A DNA stretch of 54,078 nucleotides, counting the filler, from Jimgerdemannia flammicorona (taxonomy: Eukaryota), in NCBI GenBank assembly GCA_003990765.1. It is 3 parts of 3 records of this genome, joined end to end, with 100 filler letters (N's around TTAATTAATTAA, not from the genome) between each part and the next. Parts side by side here need not be neighbours in the genome. Positions count along the whole stretch, not along the records: positions 1 to 17,967 come from RBNJ01002347.1; 2 more parts are not named here. One strand, given 5' to 3'. Below the pieces are notes generated by a model. That model was given only the letters and a program-made list of their open reading frames with translations, did not search any database and was not told the DNA's origin. Shown here piece by piece: positions 1-11,722 of this stretch. Position numbers and translations under genes: made by a program. Every line of letters starts with the position of its first letter. Position 1 is the first letter of the stretch.

Positions 1-290
1 AGTCCAGCTCCCTGTCGACCCCCCTTCACCTTCTCTGCGAAGCTCACCCTGCCAGTCCCCTGTCCTCCAGTTCCGCCCCCTCTTCCACCTCGGCCCCCTG
101 CCAGCAAGCCCCTCATACTTCCCCCCAAGCCGGGGCCTCTCCCCACTTGTTGCCAATCAAACGCTCCAGGGCCACCCTGCCCAGTACGCACCTCCGGATG
201 CTCGTTGGTCACCATGATACTAGTAGCTTTTCTCCAGAAACTGTGTCGAAAGTGTTGCCAAAGGGTTGTGTAACCTGAATGTTACCGGAG
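1..290 (-). mobile_element. 5' end (leader and start of ORF1) of an L1/Tx1-like non-LTR retrotransposon, running off the window start
   Basis: Minus strand from ATG at 215 reads MVTNEHPEVRTGQGGPGAFDWQQVGRG...VSFAEKVK, matching ORF1 at 46573 (GSGGPGAFSWQHVGRG...FSFANKVK). Leader gtaacattcagg also occurs at ~41316. CpGs are intact, so this is a younger copy. Confidence 0.8.
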
Positions 291-409
291 AGAGGGGCAC
301 GTACAATACACATACATGTATACACAATATATATATATGCATATATATGTACATGTAAACATGCAAACACACATGTTGACAGATCAGTCTTCAATAGTTC
401 ACAGTATCA

Positions 410-2984
410 ATGATACTTCAAGTCAAACATCCCTGATAGTTCTACACCTTCCACACAATCCTCACTCCAAAATCTGACAACATTGTGTTAAAATAGGAGA
501 TGATGTTGTTTGTAATTATTGTAGGTAAAAAATTAAAATACATCTATTGACACTTTTTGTTTATTTTGACATATATATGATATTGTTTCATCTATTCCCA
601 TGAACTGCACCAGTCAGAAGTTCAAAATACTTGAGGGTATGACTTCGAATATGAATCGACACATAAAAGATAAGCACTCTGACAAAATCAAAAAGAACAC
701 AGAGACAAATAAAATCGACATCCAAGCTATGGTAGATACATTTATCCAATTGCCCAACCATTTTTGTACCAACAATACCATTTAATCAAAAATATTTAGC
801 CATACTCTTCAGCAGAATTTTGAAATCAGCTTATTTGCTGGATTGTATGCACAGACCAGCTATTCACAACCATCAAGAGTGATCAATTGCATAGTATCTT
901 TGGCCTTCTCAAGCATGATTTATATTTGCCAAGTGCTGATACTATTTGCAAAGATGTCCTGGAGGCCTATAGGAAGGAGCATGATAATCTCCACTAGATA
1001 CTTCAGGTAAAATAAGGGCAGCACTGTGATCTTTGCAAGCTGAATTATATAAAAGAGCTCACCAATTTAACCTCCCATTCAATAAGCAGAATTCAGCAGG
1101 CAAAATTTCATTTACAATCAACACTTAGACATCCCCTAATGTAATTTCATTTTTGGGCATTATCAGTCATTGGATTGATCTCAATTAGTAGCTTAAATCT
1201 CTCACCCTTGACTTCATCAAACTTGCTAGCCCTCATTCTGGAGATAACATCACAGATGCTTTATTAGTTGTATCTGGGAGCTTAGGATCACCACCAAGAT
1301 AAAAAAGAGGGACTTGCCATCAGTTCAGTATTTTGAGAGAGATTCTAAACCAAATCAGATTTTATTGGTTATTTATTTTCACATAAATTCACTGACTGAA
1401 TATTTCAAGTACAGATTTTGGCCATTATGATGAACAATGCTACAAATAACTCAACATTTTTCAAAGTTTTAGCAGCCAGCCTCAAACAGAAAAACATGGC
1501 CTTTGGTACAGAAAGCTGCCATGTACGATGCCAGACCTACATACTGAATCTTGCTGTTCAGGACTATCTTATGCATATAGACAAAACATCTGAGAGAGGA
1601 GGGGCCCTGAGTATAATTTCTAAGCTGCACAACCTGGTTGTATTGGTCTGATTGTCCCCACAACAATGAGACAAATTCACTACACAGTGTAGGGCAATCA
1701 GTTTAGCCCCAAAAGAGCTTATATTGGACATCTGTACATATTGGAACTCAACATTTGTAATGATCCAGCATGCACTGGAGTTTGCTGTGATATACATCCT
1801 TTTTTTCTTCAGTCAGCTAAAGCAACTTGTTTTGGATGATTGAAGATTTATTTTAAAAAAAAAAAAAAAACAAAAAAGCCAATAGATTCAACAGTGGCTG
1901 TCAATAAGGAAATACAGACTGAGGCTCTAGGTGAAAGTGAGTGGGATGTACTTAGGAATATTGTCAGAGTTTTGGAAGTAAGTGGTGATTGCTCTGGCTC
2001 CACACTCATTTTGTCAGCCTCCACACTTGTTTTGTCTGCCTCCATACAATGCAACACCTCACCACATATAACTGCCAGTGTTTCGACAATTGTACAAAGG
2101 ATATAGTCCAACAAACGACCCCAACAATAAGCTCAGCAATACCAGTATATATATAACCTGGCTAGAGGACAAGCTCAAGGACAGGCTAGAGGGTTGTGGT
2201 AATTTATAGTTGAGCCCAGATCAGAGAGACACTATGGAGGTTGCTCTTAGCAAGCTCAGAAAGTACTACTCCCAAACAGATACTGCTGTATACTCAATCA
2301 GTACAGGTATATCAATATCAGCATATGGCCATTACCTCTTCTAAAACAGAGAAACCTCTGCAAAAACTCACTCTCTTCTCTTCTTTAAACAGTACTGGAC
2401 TCATGCTTAAAGCTATAATACTATAAAGATCAGGACTGGGAGCAGCACTTCATTGAGAGAACTAAGCAGGCTGTAATCGAAGTGTACTGGAAAAACTATA
2501 CACCGCCACAAGGTTCCAGCCAAAGTCTGGACAAATATGCCAAGGGATCCCTCCTGTCCCACATTTACTTCAGCAGAAAGAGGAAGAGAGAGCTGTCAGT
2601 GAAAGAGCTACCATCAATAGACAAACTTACCATTTACCTTGCTAGTGACTATGTAATCCTACTAGAGGGTGCAGAGATACTCAACTGGTGAAAGGTGGGT
2701 TGTTAGATAGACATTAGGCCAATTTAACCCACCAATCTAACCACCACTCTACCTACTGCTCTACCTACTGCTCTATCCACCAAGGTATGCAGCTATATCA
2801 AATAGACTTCCCCAGCCTGTATGGCATGGCTTGGGACTACCTGGTGATTTCTGCCTCCAGCACTCCTATCGAGTGGGTGTTCTCAGGTAGGGTGGACCTC
2901 ATTGCCTCAAAGAGATGTGCACTGAACACTGAGACAATCTAGGTATGTATGTATCTGAAGTCTTAGTGGGGCTTGGGCTACTAA
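410..2984 (+). pseudogene. hAT-superfamily transposase pseudogene (copy 1) with spliceosomal introns
   Basis: BED finger (VVCNYC / TSNMNRHIKDKH), SPNVISFLGIISHW, HVRC..ILNLAVQ, LDI.TYWNST and the C-terminal dimerization motif DYLVISASSTPIEWVFS. Multiple stop codons. Start coordinate is approximate. Confidence 0.9.
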
Positions 2985-3089
2985 AATTCAGCAGGTCCTG
3001 GGGGTTCACAGATAAGTTGGTTGGCCTTATAGAATATTTAATACCTTTCAAAAATAATAAAAAGGTAAAAAACCCTAAGAACTTGGCCT

Positions 3090-3800
3090 GGAGTTTGCAG
3101 CCCAAGTGGGCAGTGGTCGGTGGGATTGGTGGTAGCAGCAGAGGGAGCATGCAATGTTTGCAGCTCTCCACTAGTAGCAAGGGGCAGCCCTAAGCTGTCA
3201 GTGCCTAAGTCAGTGGGTGGGTCAGCAGAGGGAGTGCACAAAATTTGCAGCCCTCTACCGGTAGTAAGGAGTAGCCCCAAGCTGCAAGTGTCCCAAGCCA
3301 CAAGTGTCCCAGTCAGGGGGGGTTGGTGGAGGGAGCACACAAAACTTGCAGCCCTCTGCTAGCAACAAGGGGCAGCTCCAAGCTGTCAGCACCCAGGTCA
3401 GTGGGCAGGGTCAGTTGACAGAGTTGGTGGGCATGGGGTCAGTAGAGGGAGCATGCAAAATTTGTGGCCCTCTGCTGGCAGCAAGGGGCAGCCCCAAGCC
3501 ACAAGTGTCCAGGATGGGCAGGGCAGACAGAGGGAGCATGCAAAATTTGTGGCCCTTTGCCAGCAGCAAGGGGCAGCCCCAAGCTATCAGTACCCAGGTC
3601 AGTGGGCAGGGTCAGTTGGTAGAGTTGGTGGGTGTGGGGTCAGTGAGGGAGCATGCAAAATTTGTAGCCCTCTACCAGTAGTAAGGGGTAGCCCCAGCCT
3701 ACAAGTGTCCAGAATGGGTGGAGCAGGTAGAGAGAGCATGCAAAATTTGTGGCCCTCTGCCAGTGGCATAGGGGCAGCCCCAAGCTGCCAAGAAGTCTGG
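3090..3800. repeat. Degenerate GC-rich subterminal tandem repeats of hAT copy 1
   Basis: Recurring blocks agggagcatgcaaaatttg..gccctct and agcaaggggcagccccaagct, about 7 copies. Confidence 0.85.
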
Positions 3801-3802
3801 GG

Positions 3803-3883
3803 CAGAGGGTGCTTCTGGTAGTCGGAGGGTGCTTCTGGCAGTCGGAGGGTGCTTCTGGTGATCGGAGGGTGTTTCTGGTAGTC
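3803..3883. repeat. 21-bp tandem repeat (about 4 units)
   Basis: cggagggtgcttctggtagt-like units seen directly. Confidence 0.9.
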
Positions 3884-3989
3884 AAAGTCTACTACAGATT
3901 TAGGCCCTATTACTGGTTTGGGTCCCACAGACACCCTGGCCCTGTGCTGCAGTACCATACTGGTGACACTGCAGAGCAGGATCAAGGGG

Positions 3990-4003
3990 CTAGTAGGGCC
4001 CTA
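3990..4003. mobile_element. Probable right terminal inverted repeat of hAT copy 1
   Basis: Ends ...gggcccta (TAGGGCCC on the minus strand, a hAT-like TAGGG end) after ggccc-rich subterminal sequence. The partner TIR was not found. Confidence 0.5.
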
Positions 4004-4151
4004 CATAATAGCTAAGCTAGTCTACAGAAGAGGCACCCAGCCTAACCCCCTACATAAGACTGCCCAACCCATACAAAATGACTGCCTAACTCTCACAAAA
4101 GACTGCCTATCCCTTGTGAAAGATTGTCTAACTCTCACAAAAACTACTCCA

Positions 4152-6180
4152 CCTACTGGTCCCAGGCCTTGATGAGCCTATCATCCATTGTGAGTGTGAC
4201 AACTATTGTGTCCAAGCTCTTCTCGAAGGCAATGGTGCCATAGTGGTCATGTGGTTGGAAGAGGATGGCTATGTTGGCCACAAACGGGACCCCGAAACCA
4301 TAGGTGAGATTGTACCAGACTCTGCCACTATCCTCCCAGGTTGGGTCCTTCCTTTCCGGGATATAAAATATTACTGGGGTGATATTGTTGTCTGTATATG
4401 TGGGTAGAGAAAGGTTACACCCAACATATTCTGATATGATGCAAGCATATGGTTGGGTGAACCCTTGGTCCAGGACCTCATACTGCCAGGCTATACTGGT
4501 GGATGCCTGCTCTTGGTCTAGCCCCAGGAGCCCCAGCTTGGAAACCTGTCAAAATGGATAGCAACCAGTCAGTCCTTTTTGCATATGGGAGGGCAGAAAC
4601 CCCCTAGGCTGCAGAAATCCCTTGGGCCACAGAAACCTCCCAGGCTGCAGCACCTCAAAAAAGCAGAGCTCCTCACCTCATATGACATACTAAATTGTGC
4701 CAAGAATGTACATACAGCCATACCAAGATCACCACTAAGCTGGCCTACCATATGCTCTACCAATCTGCTCAAAGAACCCCAGATCATAGCTGCTATCACT
4801 GTACAGGCCATGTTATACTCACATGTAGTTTGCTCTTCAATAGCACTTCTAAAGTTCCAGTAGGGGTACAGAATCTTGTGCATCCCTGGATTTATATCAA
4901 AAAGAGTATATCAGTGAAGAGTGTGATTTATCTGGGGAGGAGTAAAAAAAAAGATGAGTGTGGGGGATTTTGGAACTTCGGAACCCACCCTTTGCCAGTA
5001 TTGCAGTATACCCAATTTCCATCCAAACCCCCCCTCCTTGCTTTTTTCACTCCCTCTTTCCTGCTATCTGGTATTTGATATAATCCTTACAAATCTCATT
5101 AATGTGGCAGTGAAGCTTATCGCTGTAGAGGTTCCTTACCACCATCACAACCACCTCTCTATATTCATTAATAAAAATATGGTTCTCTTTATCATTGGTT
5201 ACTCCTGCTGGCCAATGGACCCCTTGGTCAAGAACAATTGGCTCTGATTCGAATGTAGACCCCCAAGCCTTGATAACAATGCTAGTATTGCTTATGCTGA
5301 ACATCTTGCCCTCAAATTTCTCTATTTGATCAGATACTAGACATGGTTGAACTTGGATAACTTTGAACTCTCCTTTCCAATAGAACTGAGCCCTGATCTG
5401 AGGGACTGAGATAAGTATGCAGATGGGTTGTGTACAGATGGGTTGCATGTAGGCAAGTTGCATATGAGTAGGTTGCATGTAGGTGTGGGTGTTTTTTAGG
5501 AGGAGACCATATAAAAAATGAAATTAAATAAAACACAGAGATGGGTATTTCAAAAAAAGAGCATGAGTGAGTAAGTGAGTAAGCTACATACCAATGAGTT
5601 GTATACTGACGAGTTGCATAAGTTGCACAAGATTGCTCATAAAGGCTTACTTCTGTTTCTTTTGAGACCTCTGCCATGTGATGTATTGACTCAACAGCTC
5701 AGCCACTAAAGGCATACCCTGCAATATCCTCCAATCTTTCTTTATCTTGACCAGATGTTGCAAATAAAGTTGGCAGATCTCACTGTAGAGCTGTGGTCCC
5801 TAAGAAGAGCATGAGATAAATTAGGTCATGCTAGGGAAATTTAAACAAGTAAAAAGTAGTGGCAGAAAAGAGCAACCTACATCTACTACTGGCTGCTCCA
5901 AAAAGGCTGCCATGTATATAGCTGTGAGGTCTGTGAATTCTGAGGTCCAAAGGGCCGCCATAAGTTGTTGTCAGAATTTACCCTCATCCCTGCTGTCACC
6001 ATCGCTATTGCCATCACCATCACCATTGCCATCACTACTGCCATTGCCCCTTTGGCTCTCAATGAGCAGCTTGTGTACTGTCCATATGAGAAAGAATCTA
6101 ACATTATCAGCAGAGAGTGTATTTCTACCTTGAATACTCTCTCTTTTGATGATTATTGCAGGGTGAAAAATTAGTAGACT
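4152..6180 (-). pseudogene. Decayed multi-exon gene of unknown function inside a TIR-bounded element
   Basis: Coding-like segments between GT/AG introns, e.g. NVRFFLIWTVHKLLIE, GPQLYSEICQLYLQHLVKIKK, IRAQFYWKGEFKVIQVQP, VWYNLTYGFGVPFVANIAILF. Scattered stops; no family recognised. Confidence 0.5.
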
Positions 6181-6359
6181 AGACCAACATACAAATTAAG
6201 GGCTGTTGTTTTGTTTGCTCGTGATGCAGTAGGAAAGAATAAAGAAAAAGAACAAAAAAAAGAGAGGGAACAAAGGAAAGGGTGATATGTATCACCAAAG
6301 TGTGGTAGGAAAAAAAAAACAAGAGCAAAATGAACAAAAGAAAGAGTGATGTCACCAAA

Positions 6360-6482
6360 GATTTCAATCTGGATGGATCATCTGGATCAGATCACAAGAC
6401 TAATCCAAGTTGATTCGAATCCATCATATGACAAATCTGAATCAAATCTCATTCAGATCAACTCCATTCATTCGGAGCACTA
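6360..6482 (-). mobile_element. Terminus of a DNA transposon inserted into hAT copy 2
   Basis: Minus-strand end TAGTGCTCCGAA followed by repeated ggat/gatc/gattc motifs. It directly abuts the DxW-motif region of the next transposase. Confidence 0.55.
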
Positions 6483-8379
6483 TACATAGATATCACCAAA
6501 TATGCATGCATTTCTTGGAATTAATACATATTGAATTTGTCAAAATTGGTAACTCAATTATATATTAATTGATTTTATTAAGCTGTTGGAATCTCATTCT
6601 GGTAAAAATCTTACTGGTACCTTTGGGAGCTGTGTTTGAGATTTTGGTATATAGATAAAGGTATGTAAAGAGTGAGCGAGCCTTTTAAAAGAGGTTTTCA
6701 AAAAGGTCAGATTTTTGAAAAAGGTCAGGTTTTCAAAAAAGGTCAGGTTTTCAAAAAAGATCAAAAGGTCAGGTTTTTGAAAAAGGTTATTTTTTTGAAT
6801 TTTAAAAAAGATTGAGTTTTTAAAAAGGTCAGGTTTTTAAAAAAGGTTGTGTTTTCTATAAAGATCAGGTTTTTGAAAAATAGTTATCTTACATTTTGAA
6901 TTATCGATTTTTCACTCTAGATATTAGCTATAACAACAGACAATACATCTAACAACAATATATTTTTTCAAATAATTGGAATGGAGTTTGATCAATAGCC
7001 TCAACTATCAGCTAATATAACATATATACTATATAGCTCATATTATTAATCTGGCTGTTCAAGCCTTTTTAATATATCTGAAGGCTGATGATGATAGAGA
7101 AATGATTTCAAGTCTTTGAATGAGCATTATCAAGATCCAGTCATTACTACAGTATCATGAGAGATTTATTGCACAATGTAAAGCCTATAGAATCAACAAT
7201 CCAAAGGAACTTATTTTAGATATTAAGACTCAGTGGAACTTAACATATTCAATGATTGAATGAGCCATCAAATTATCAGAGGTAATTATATTTAATTATA
7301 TTTAATTTGTTGGGTGATATGGGTCTATTATGCCTGAGTCTAATCTAATGAATTAATTTTTATTAATGGTCTTTAAATTTAATAGTTATATCTAATAAAT
7401 ATTTGTGACAATATATCATTGGAGATTATACTTGGTAGTTGCTAAAAGATATTATTTTGGTGTTAAAGAGTTTTCAATATGCAATAGATCTTGTAACTCA
7501 GCAAAAATATTCAACAATTTATTCTACTATTCCAATTTACAACTTTCTACTGAATATGTTAGAGAATAATAACCAAGTAATTCAAAATCATACAGTAGAA
7601 CCAGAAGAAACTGAAGAGCCAAATACTCTCATTCAACAGATACTAATAGTAGCTATTGATAAGTTAAAGAAATACTATTCAATGATAGATCATCTAATTT
7701 ATTATATTGGTACTAGTAAGTAAATATTTCAAAATTTGCTTGTTACTGAAGACTATTTTGAAATTTTGAACTACAAATTCATTTTGAAATTTATTTTATT
7801 CTTTAAATGAGAACTAATTCTTGATCCTAGGCTTAAACTATAATATTATTTAAACTATAATTAGAAAATCATTTGGATTGATGTAGCTGAAAAAACTGTT
7901 CATACAGTTTATAATAATAACTATACCCCTCTATCAGTTTATCATACAAGTTCTGAAGATCATACTGAAATAGGAGATGATATCAATATTGATGATATTG
8001 CTGAGCTATCTGAACATATACACAACAAAAGACAAAAATTGATAATAAATTCTAAAGAGAAGTTAGATAATTATTTAAAAAGTGAAACTGTTAAATTTCA
8101 ACCAGGAGTCAATACATTGTCTTGGTGGCAAGTGAGTTGGTCTAATTTGAAATATTATTCGAGTTTCTCTAATTTAATTTAATTCATTGGGAATATTAGG
8201 GCCATAGCAGAGATTATCCAAATCTAGCAAAAATGACATGTAACTATTTAGCTATCCCAGTAACAAGTACACCTATAGAGAGAGTTTTTTCAAGAGGTAA
8301 AGATCTTGTGGTACCTAAAAGAGGTACTTTAGACCCTGAAACTATTTGTGAATATATGTGTTTAAAGACATGGCAATAA
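6483..8379 (+). pseudogene. hAT transposase pseudogene (copy 2), 5'-truncated, with introns
   Basis: SPNMHAFLGIN, SHSGKNL, AHIINLAVQ, LDIKTQWNLT, LDPRLKL and YPNLAKM..NYLAIPVTSTPIERVFS. AT-rich with stop codons. Confidence 0.9.
6690..6880. repeat. ~18-bp minisatellite inside a transposase intron
   Basis: aaaaaggtcaggttttt repeated about 10 times. Confidence 0.9.
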
Positions 8380-8479
8380 GCTGGCTGATTCTGAAATCTA
8401 GAAATATAGTCAAAATATAGTTTGATCTCAACTAACTAAATATATCTATATATCATAATATTTCTAATATATATACTGC

Positions 8480-8980
8480 CATATTCAAAGCTCTCAGTTC
8501 ACTTGTCATTAGCAGGTATTAATTGTACTATTTAAAGCTCTCAGGGCTTGCTTCTGACCAAACCATATACAATTACCCTGTCTCAGTCTGCCAAACCTGT
8601 CACTAAATCCATTATAGCCAGTATACCCACCACCACCACAGACCAGTATATCCACTACCACACAGGCTTGCTGAGAGCTGTGGTGATACAATTAATGAGC
8701 GAGCCCTGAGAGCTTTAAATATAGTGCTAAGAGCATAAGCCAGAAGATAGTGCTGAGAGCCATAGTGATGCAATTAATAAGTGAGCCCTGAGAGCTTCAA
8801 ATATAGTACTAAGAGTATAAGTAAGCCAGAAGATAGCACTGAGAGCTTCATAAGCCATGGTGATGCAATTAATGCCAGCCAACAAGTGAGCCCCAAGAGC
8901 TTCAAATATTATAAGCCATATTCAAAGCTTGGGGCTTACTTATGAAGCTCTTGGGGGTTACTTGTTGGACTAGTATTAAA
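8480..8980. repeat. Direct and inverted subterminal repeats downstream of hAT copy 2
   Basis: gagccctgagagcttcaaatat occurs at least 3 times, with inverted copies at ~8480-8550 and ~8920. Confidence 0.75.
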
Positions 8981-9712
8981 AATATATAAATAAGCTGTCT
9001 AAGCTGCTATCTTTAATAAAAATAAAAATAAAATATATATTCAAACTTATCTTAACTACTTCTTAAATTATTTTGAAGACATGAACCATACCATTGGCAA
9101 GATATATACTTAGACAGTGACTGATAGAATTGATACTACTTAAGAAGAACATAGAAAGAAGAAGAAAATACTCACTAAAGTAATTGAGCAATTTATTTTA
9201 GCTATTGCTCCAATACTCCCTACTGCCCTCACTGTAAGAGGGTTGTGTTTTAAGGTAACTATTACATAGTTCTGGAAGGATTTCTGGAAGTTCTAGATGT
9301 TCTGGAAGACTGTTTTCTTATGGTCAAGATCAATTTCATATGGAGTATATCCTCTACACTTATTGATTTCAAGATCAGGTTGATGTCTCAACCAAAGTCC
9401 TTTTTTGGACTAGTTCTAGATGTTCAGGATTTTCCATATTTCAGGAAGTTCAAGAAACTAAGGCCAGCTTAGTTGAATTGATGTATTGCTGCAGACAATA
9501 CCCAATTAGGAAATTTCATGATGGGTTAGGAGTGGGACCTAATGGGGAGTGGATTTACTTAAGAGTGGTTTGTGGATTATTTAAATAGATTTATTTGCTA
9601 TTCATGATTTTGCTATACTAGGAGTAGTTATATCAAGGGGTATTGTGGGAAAGTGCTCAGAAGTTGTGTTCATATTATTCAAGTCTGAGATTCTGAGATC
9701 TGGGGGAGAGAG

Positions 9713-9846
9713 TATTTATACTAGTGAGGAGCTATCTGGACTATGCTAGATATGGATGTAGCACTAAGTACCTTGCTGAGTCAGAATGCAGTCATGTAGT
9801 ACAAGAGTAATCTGACATGTCAAGAGATCATCTGAATGCTGAGTCA
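9713..9846 (-). promoter_or_regulatory. Putative LTR core promoter
   Basis: TGAGTCA at 9777-9783 and 9840-9846 lie upstream (on the minus strand) of TATAAATA at 9720-9713. Confidence 0.55.
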
Positions 9847-9908
9847 GTTCACAGTCATATCATATAAGGCTAATCTAACTATACTATGACTGCTAAGCTA
9901 TTTATAGG

Positions 9909-11007
9909 TTAGACACTGTCTAGGTAGTCTTCAATGACATTACCATCGATGACATCATCTCTGATGAAGTAGTCATCTAGGAAAAGTGGTTTGTGGATTA
10001 CTTCTCCTTGTTCACTAAGGTAATAATACATTGGAACTTCATCACCATCCCACAGAATAGCATCATCTGCCTTATATGCTGGGTAAGGTGTTGGTTGGGT
10101 AGAAGAGAGGTGTATTGTCTTTGCTCTCATCAGATTCACTATCTGTATACCTTCTGTAGATTACAGTACTATGAGTTGCGGGATTGTAGTAAGCTGGTGG
10201 CTGTGGTTTATGTCGCTCATACTCGGGTAGTGGAGTGATTGGTTTAATCTCGAGGGTTGTCTGGAGGTATAGGTTATATTCTCCAGTTTCTTCATTATAG
10301 TTGAAGTAATTAGGGGTGAATGTAAGTTGGTATTCGTGCCAGTGGTCATTGTCCCAATAAGTCTTGTATGCTGTTATGAATTGTTGTAAGTTCATTGGTA
10401 AGATTGGTAGTGTGATTAGGGTTGGCAGGGATCCTTGGCTTGAGGTCATGTCAGCATCAGAGGGATCATTGTCTTCTGCTTTATCTTTGTTGAAGTGGAT
10501 TATATCGTAGATGTCCTTCATGGTATATCCAACTTGGGGTATTTGCAGGATATGATCATTGAGGTGTGGAAAGGTTCTGTCTGTGGTTTTGATGTACTTG
10601 AGGTACTTGTGGTTGAGTTCTTGTATCATATTATTGATTTGGCCATAGGACAGAGTAACAATCATTTCAGCTGTAGTAACTTGGAGGTGGGGAATAACAG
10701 TGCTATACTCGTAGAAGAGTTCTCAGTATTTGTGGGCAATGAGTTTCTAGTGTTGAGACATCTGGGTAATGTCTGTATCATGGTGGTATTCAACCATGTC
10801 TTCTAGGAGGTGGCTGATCTGGTAGTAGCTTGAGATTTATCCAATTCGGTGGGCCTCATTGAGCATGTTTAGGGTGTTCTATTGGGCTTCCACAAAATAG
10901 AGGGGTGCCAGGCTATGGATATTCATGAGGGGCAGAGGGAGAGTGGCTTGGTTGATAATGGCATTCCAAATGTCAGCATGGATACAGGTGTAGATCTTGG
11001 TGGTCAT
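9909..11007 (-). pseudogene. LTR(U3)-embedded ORF, ~366 codons, unknown product
   Basis: ATG at 11007 (MTTKIYTCIHADIWNAII...) is in frame with the 197-aa ORF 10072-10665. Four stops are each one transition from a sense codon. One frameshift leads into ORF 9909-10139. Confidence 0.75.
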
Positions 11008-11109
11008 ATTTGTGTGTTTAGAAGTTATGGTTGTTGTTTATTTTGGTTATCTGGTTCAACGCATCTTGGTACTTGGTATATATGTATTTGGTCCTGATTG
11101 ATAAGATTC

Positions 11110-11181
11110 TATTTATATGAATCTTGTGTTCTGTAATTTCATGTTGACTCAGTTTGTGCACTGTGACTTCAGTTTGACTCA
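11110..11181 (-). promoter_or_regulatory. Second promoter-like cassette upstream of the LTR ORF
   Basis: TGACTCA at 11145-11151 and 11175-11181, then TATAAATA at 11117-11110, ~100 nt before ATG 11007. Confidence 0.5.
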
Positions 11182-11295
11182 GCTTCATGATCAAGCAGGT
11201 GATTTCCAGATTTGTTTGGAGGTCGTATGTGATTTCAGTGACTTGTTCAGAGGGTGACATGTGATTTTAGTGGCTTGGAGGTTGTGCACTTACAA

Positions 11296-11308
11296 CTCTC
11301 CCCTTCTT
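11296..11308 (-). other. Polypurine tract
   Basis: aagaaggggagag lies one base before TGTAAG of the 3' LTR. Confidence 0.85.
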
Positions 11309-11722
11309 AGCTTTTGATGTCCTCGTCAGGGCCTTCTAATTTTGTTCTAGTGTTGTTACATTATTTGGGAGGTCAAAAGTCTAGTAAAGTCCATTTTTCT
11401 CAGAAAGTAGCATGCTCATAGTATAGTTGCCTAATGCATTGGATTCATATGTTAAAGGGTTGTATGTTCAATGCCATGTGCTGGAAGTGATCCTGACATC
11501 ATTCACTGCTGGAGAATTTCCTCTAAGGAATCTTCTTAAATGTCTATACCTCATTTCCCACCAGTAGTACAGAGAGAATAGGCTTGCTTTCAGTTTTGCT
11601 ATTTTTCCAGAGGGTTGGTATTCTTGTCTTGTTTTGCTGAGTTCTTGGTCTAGTTTGTGATAATTATAATGTTTGGGAGGTATAATATATAGTATGTACT
11701 GATAGTATCAGAGTATTCAGAT

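Larger units (their letters stand above)
9233..11294 (-). repeat. 3' LTR, 2062 bp
   Basis: TGTAAG...CTTACA termini. The left end matches 17811 onward, and the right end abuts the polypurine tract. Confidence 0.9.

Noticed and set aside
3090..3885. Regularly recurring repeats and overlapping ORFs resembling a CRISPR array or repeat protein
   Set aside because: The intervening sequences are themselves repeated and degenerate, there are no cas genes and the context is eukaryotic. They are best explained as hAT subterminal repeats.
5640..5800. Faint resemblance of GPQLYSEICQLYLQHL to a cullin N-terminal repeat
   Set aside because: The match is too short and the neighbouring exons do not continue it.
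9228..9232. Target-site duplication of the LTR element
   Set aside because: The other flank lies in the gap, so it cannot be assessed.
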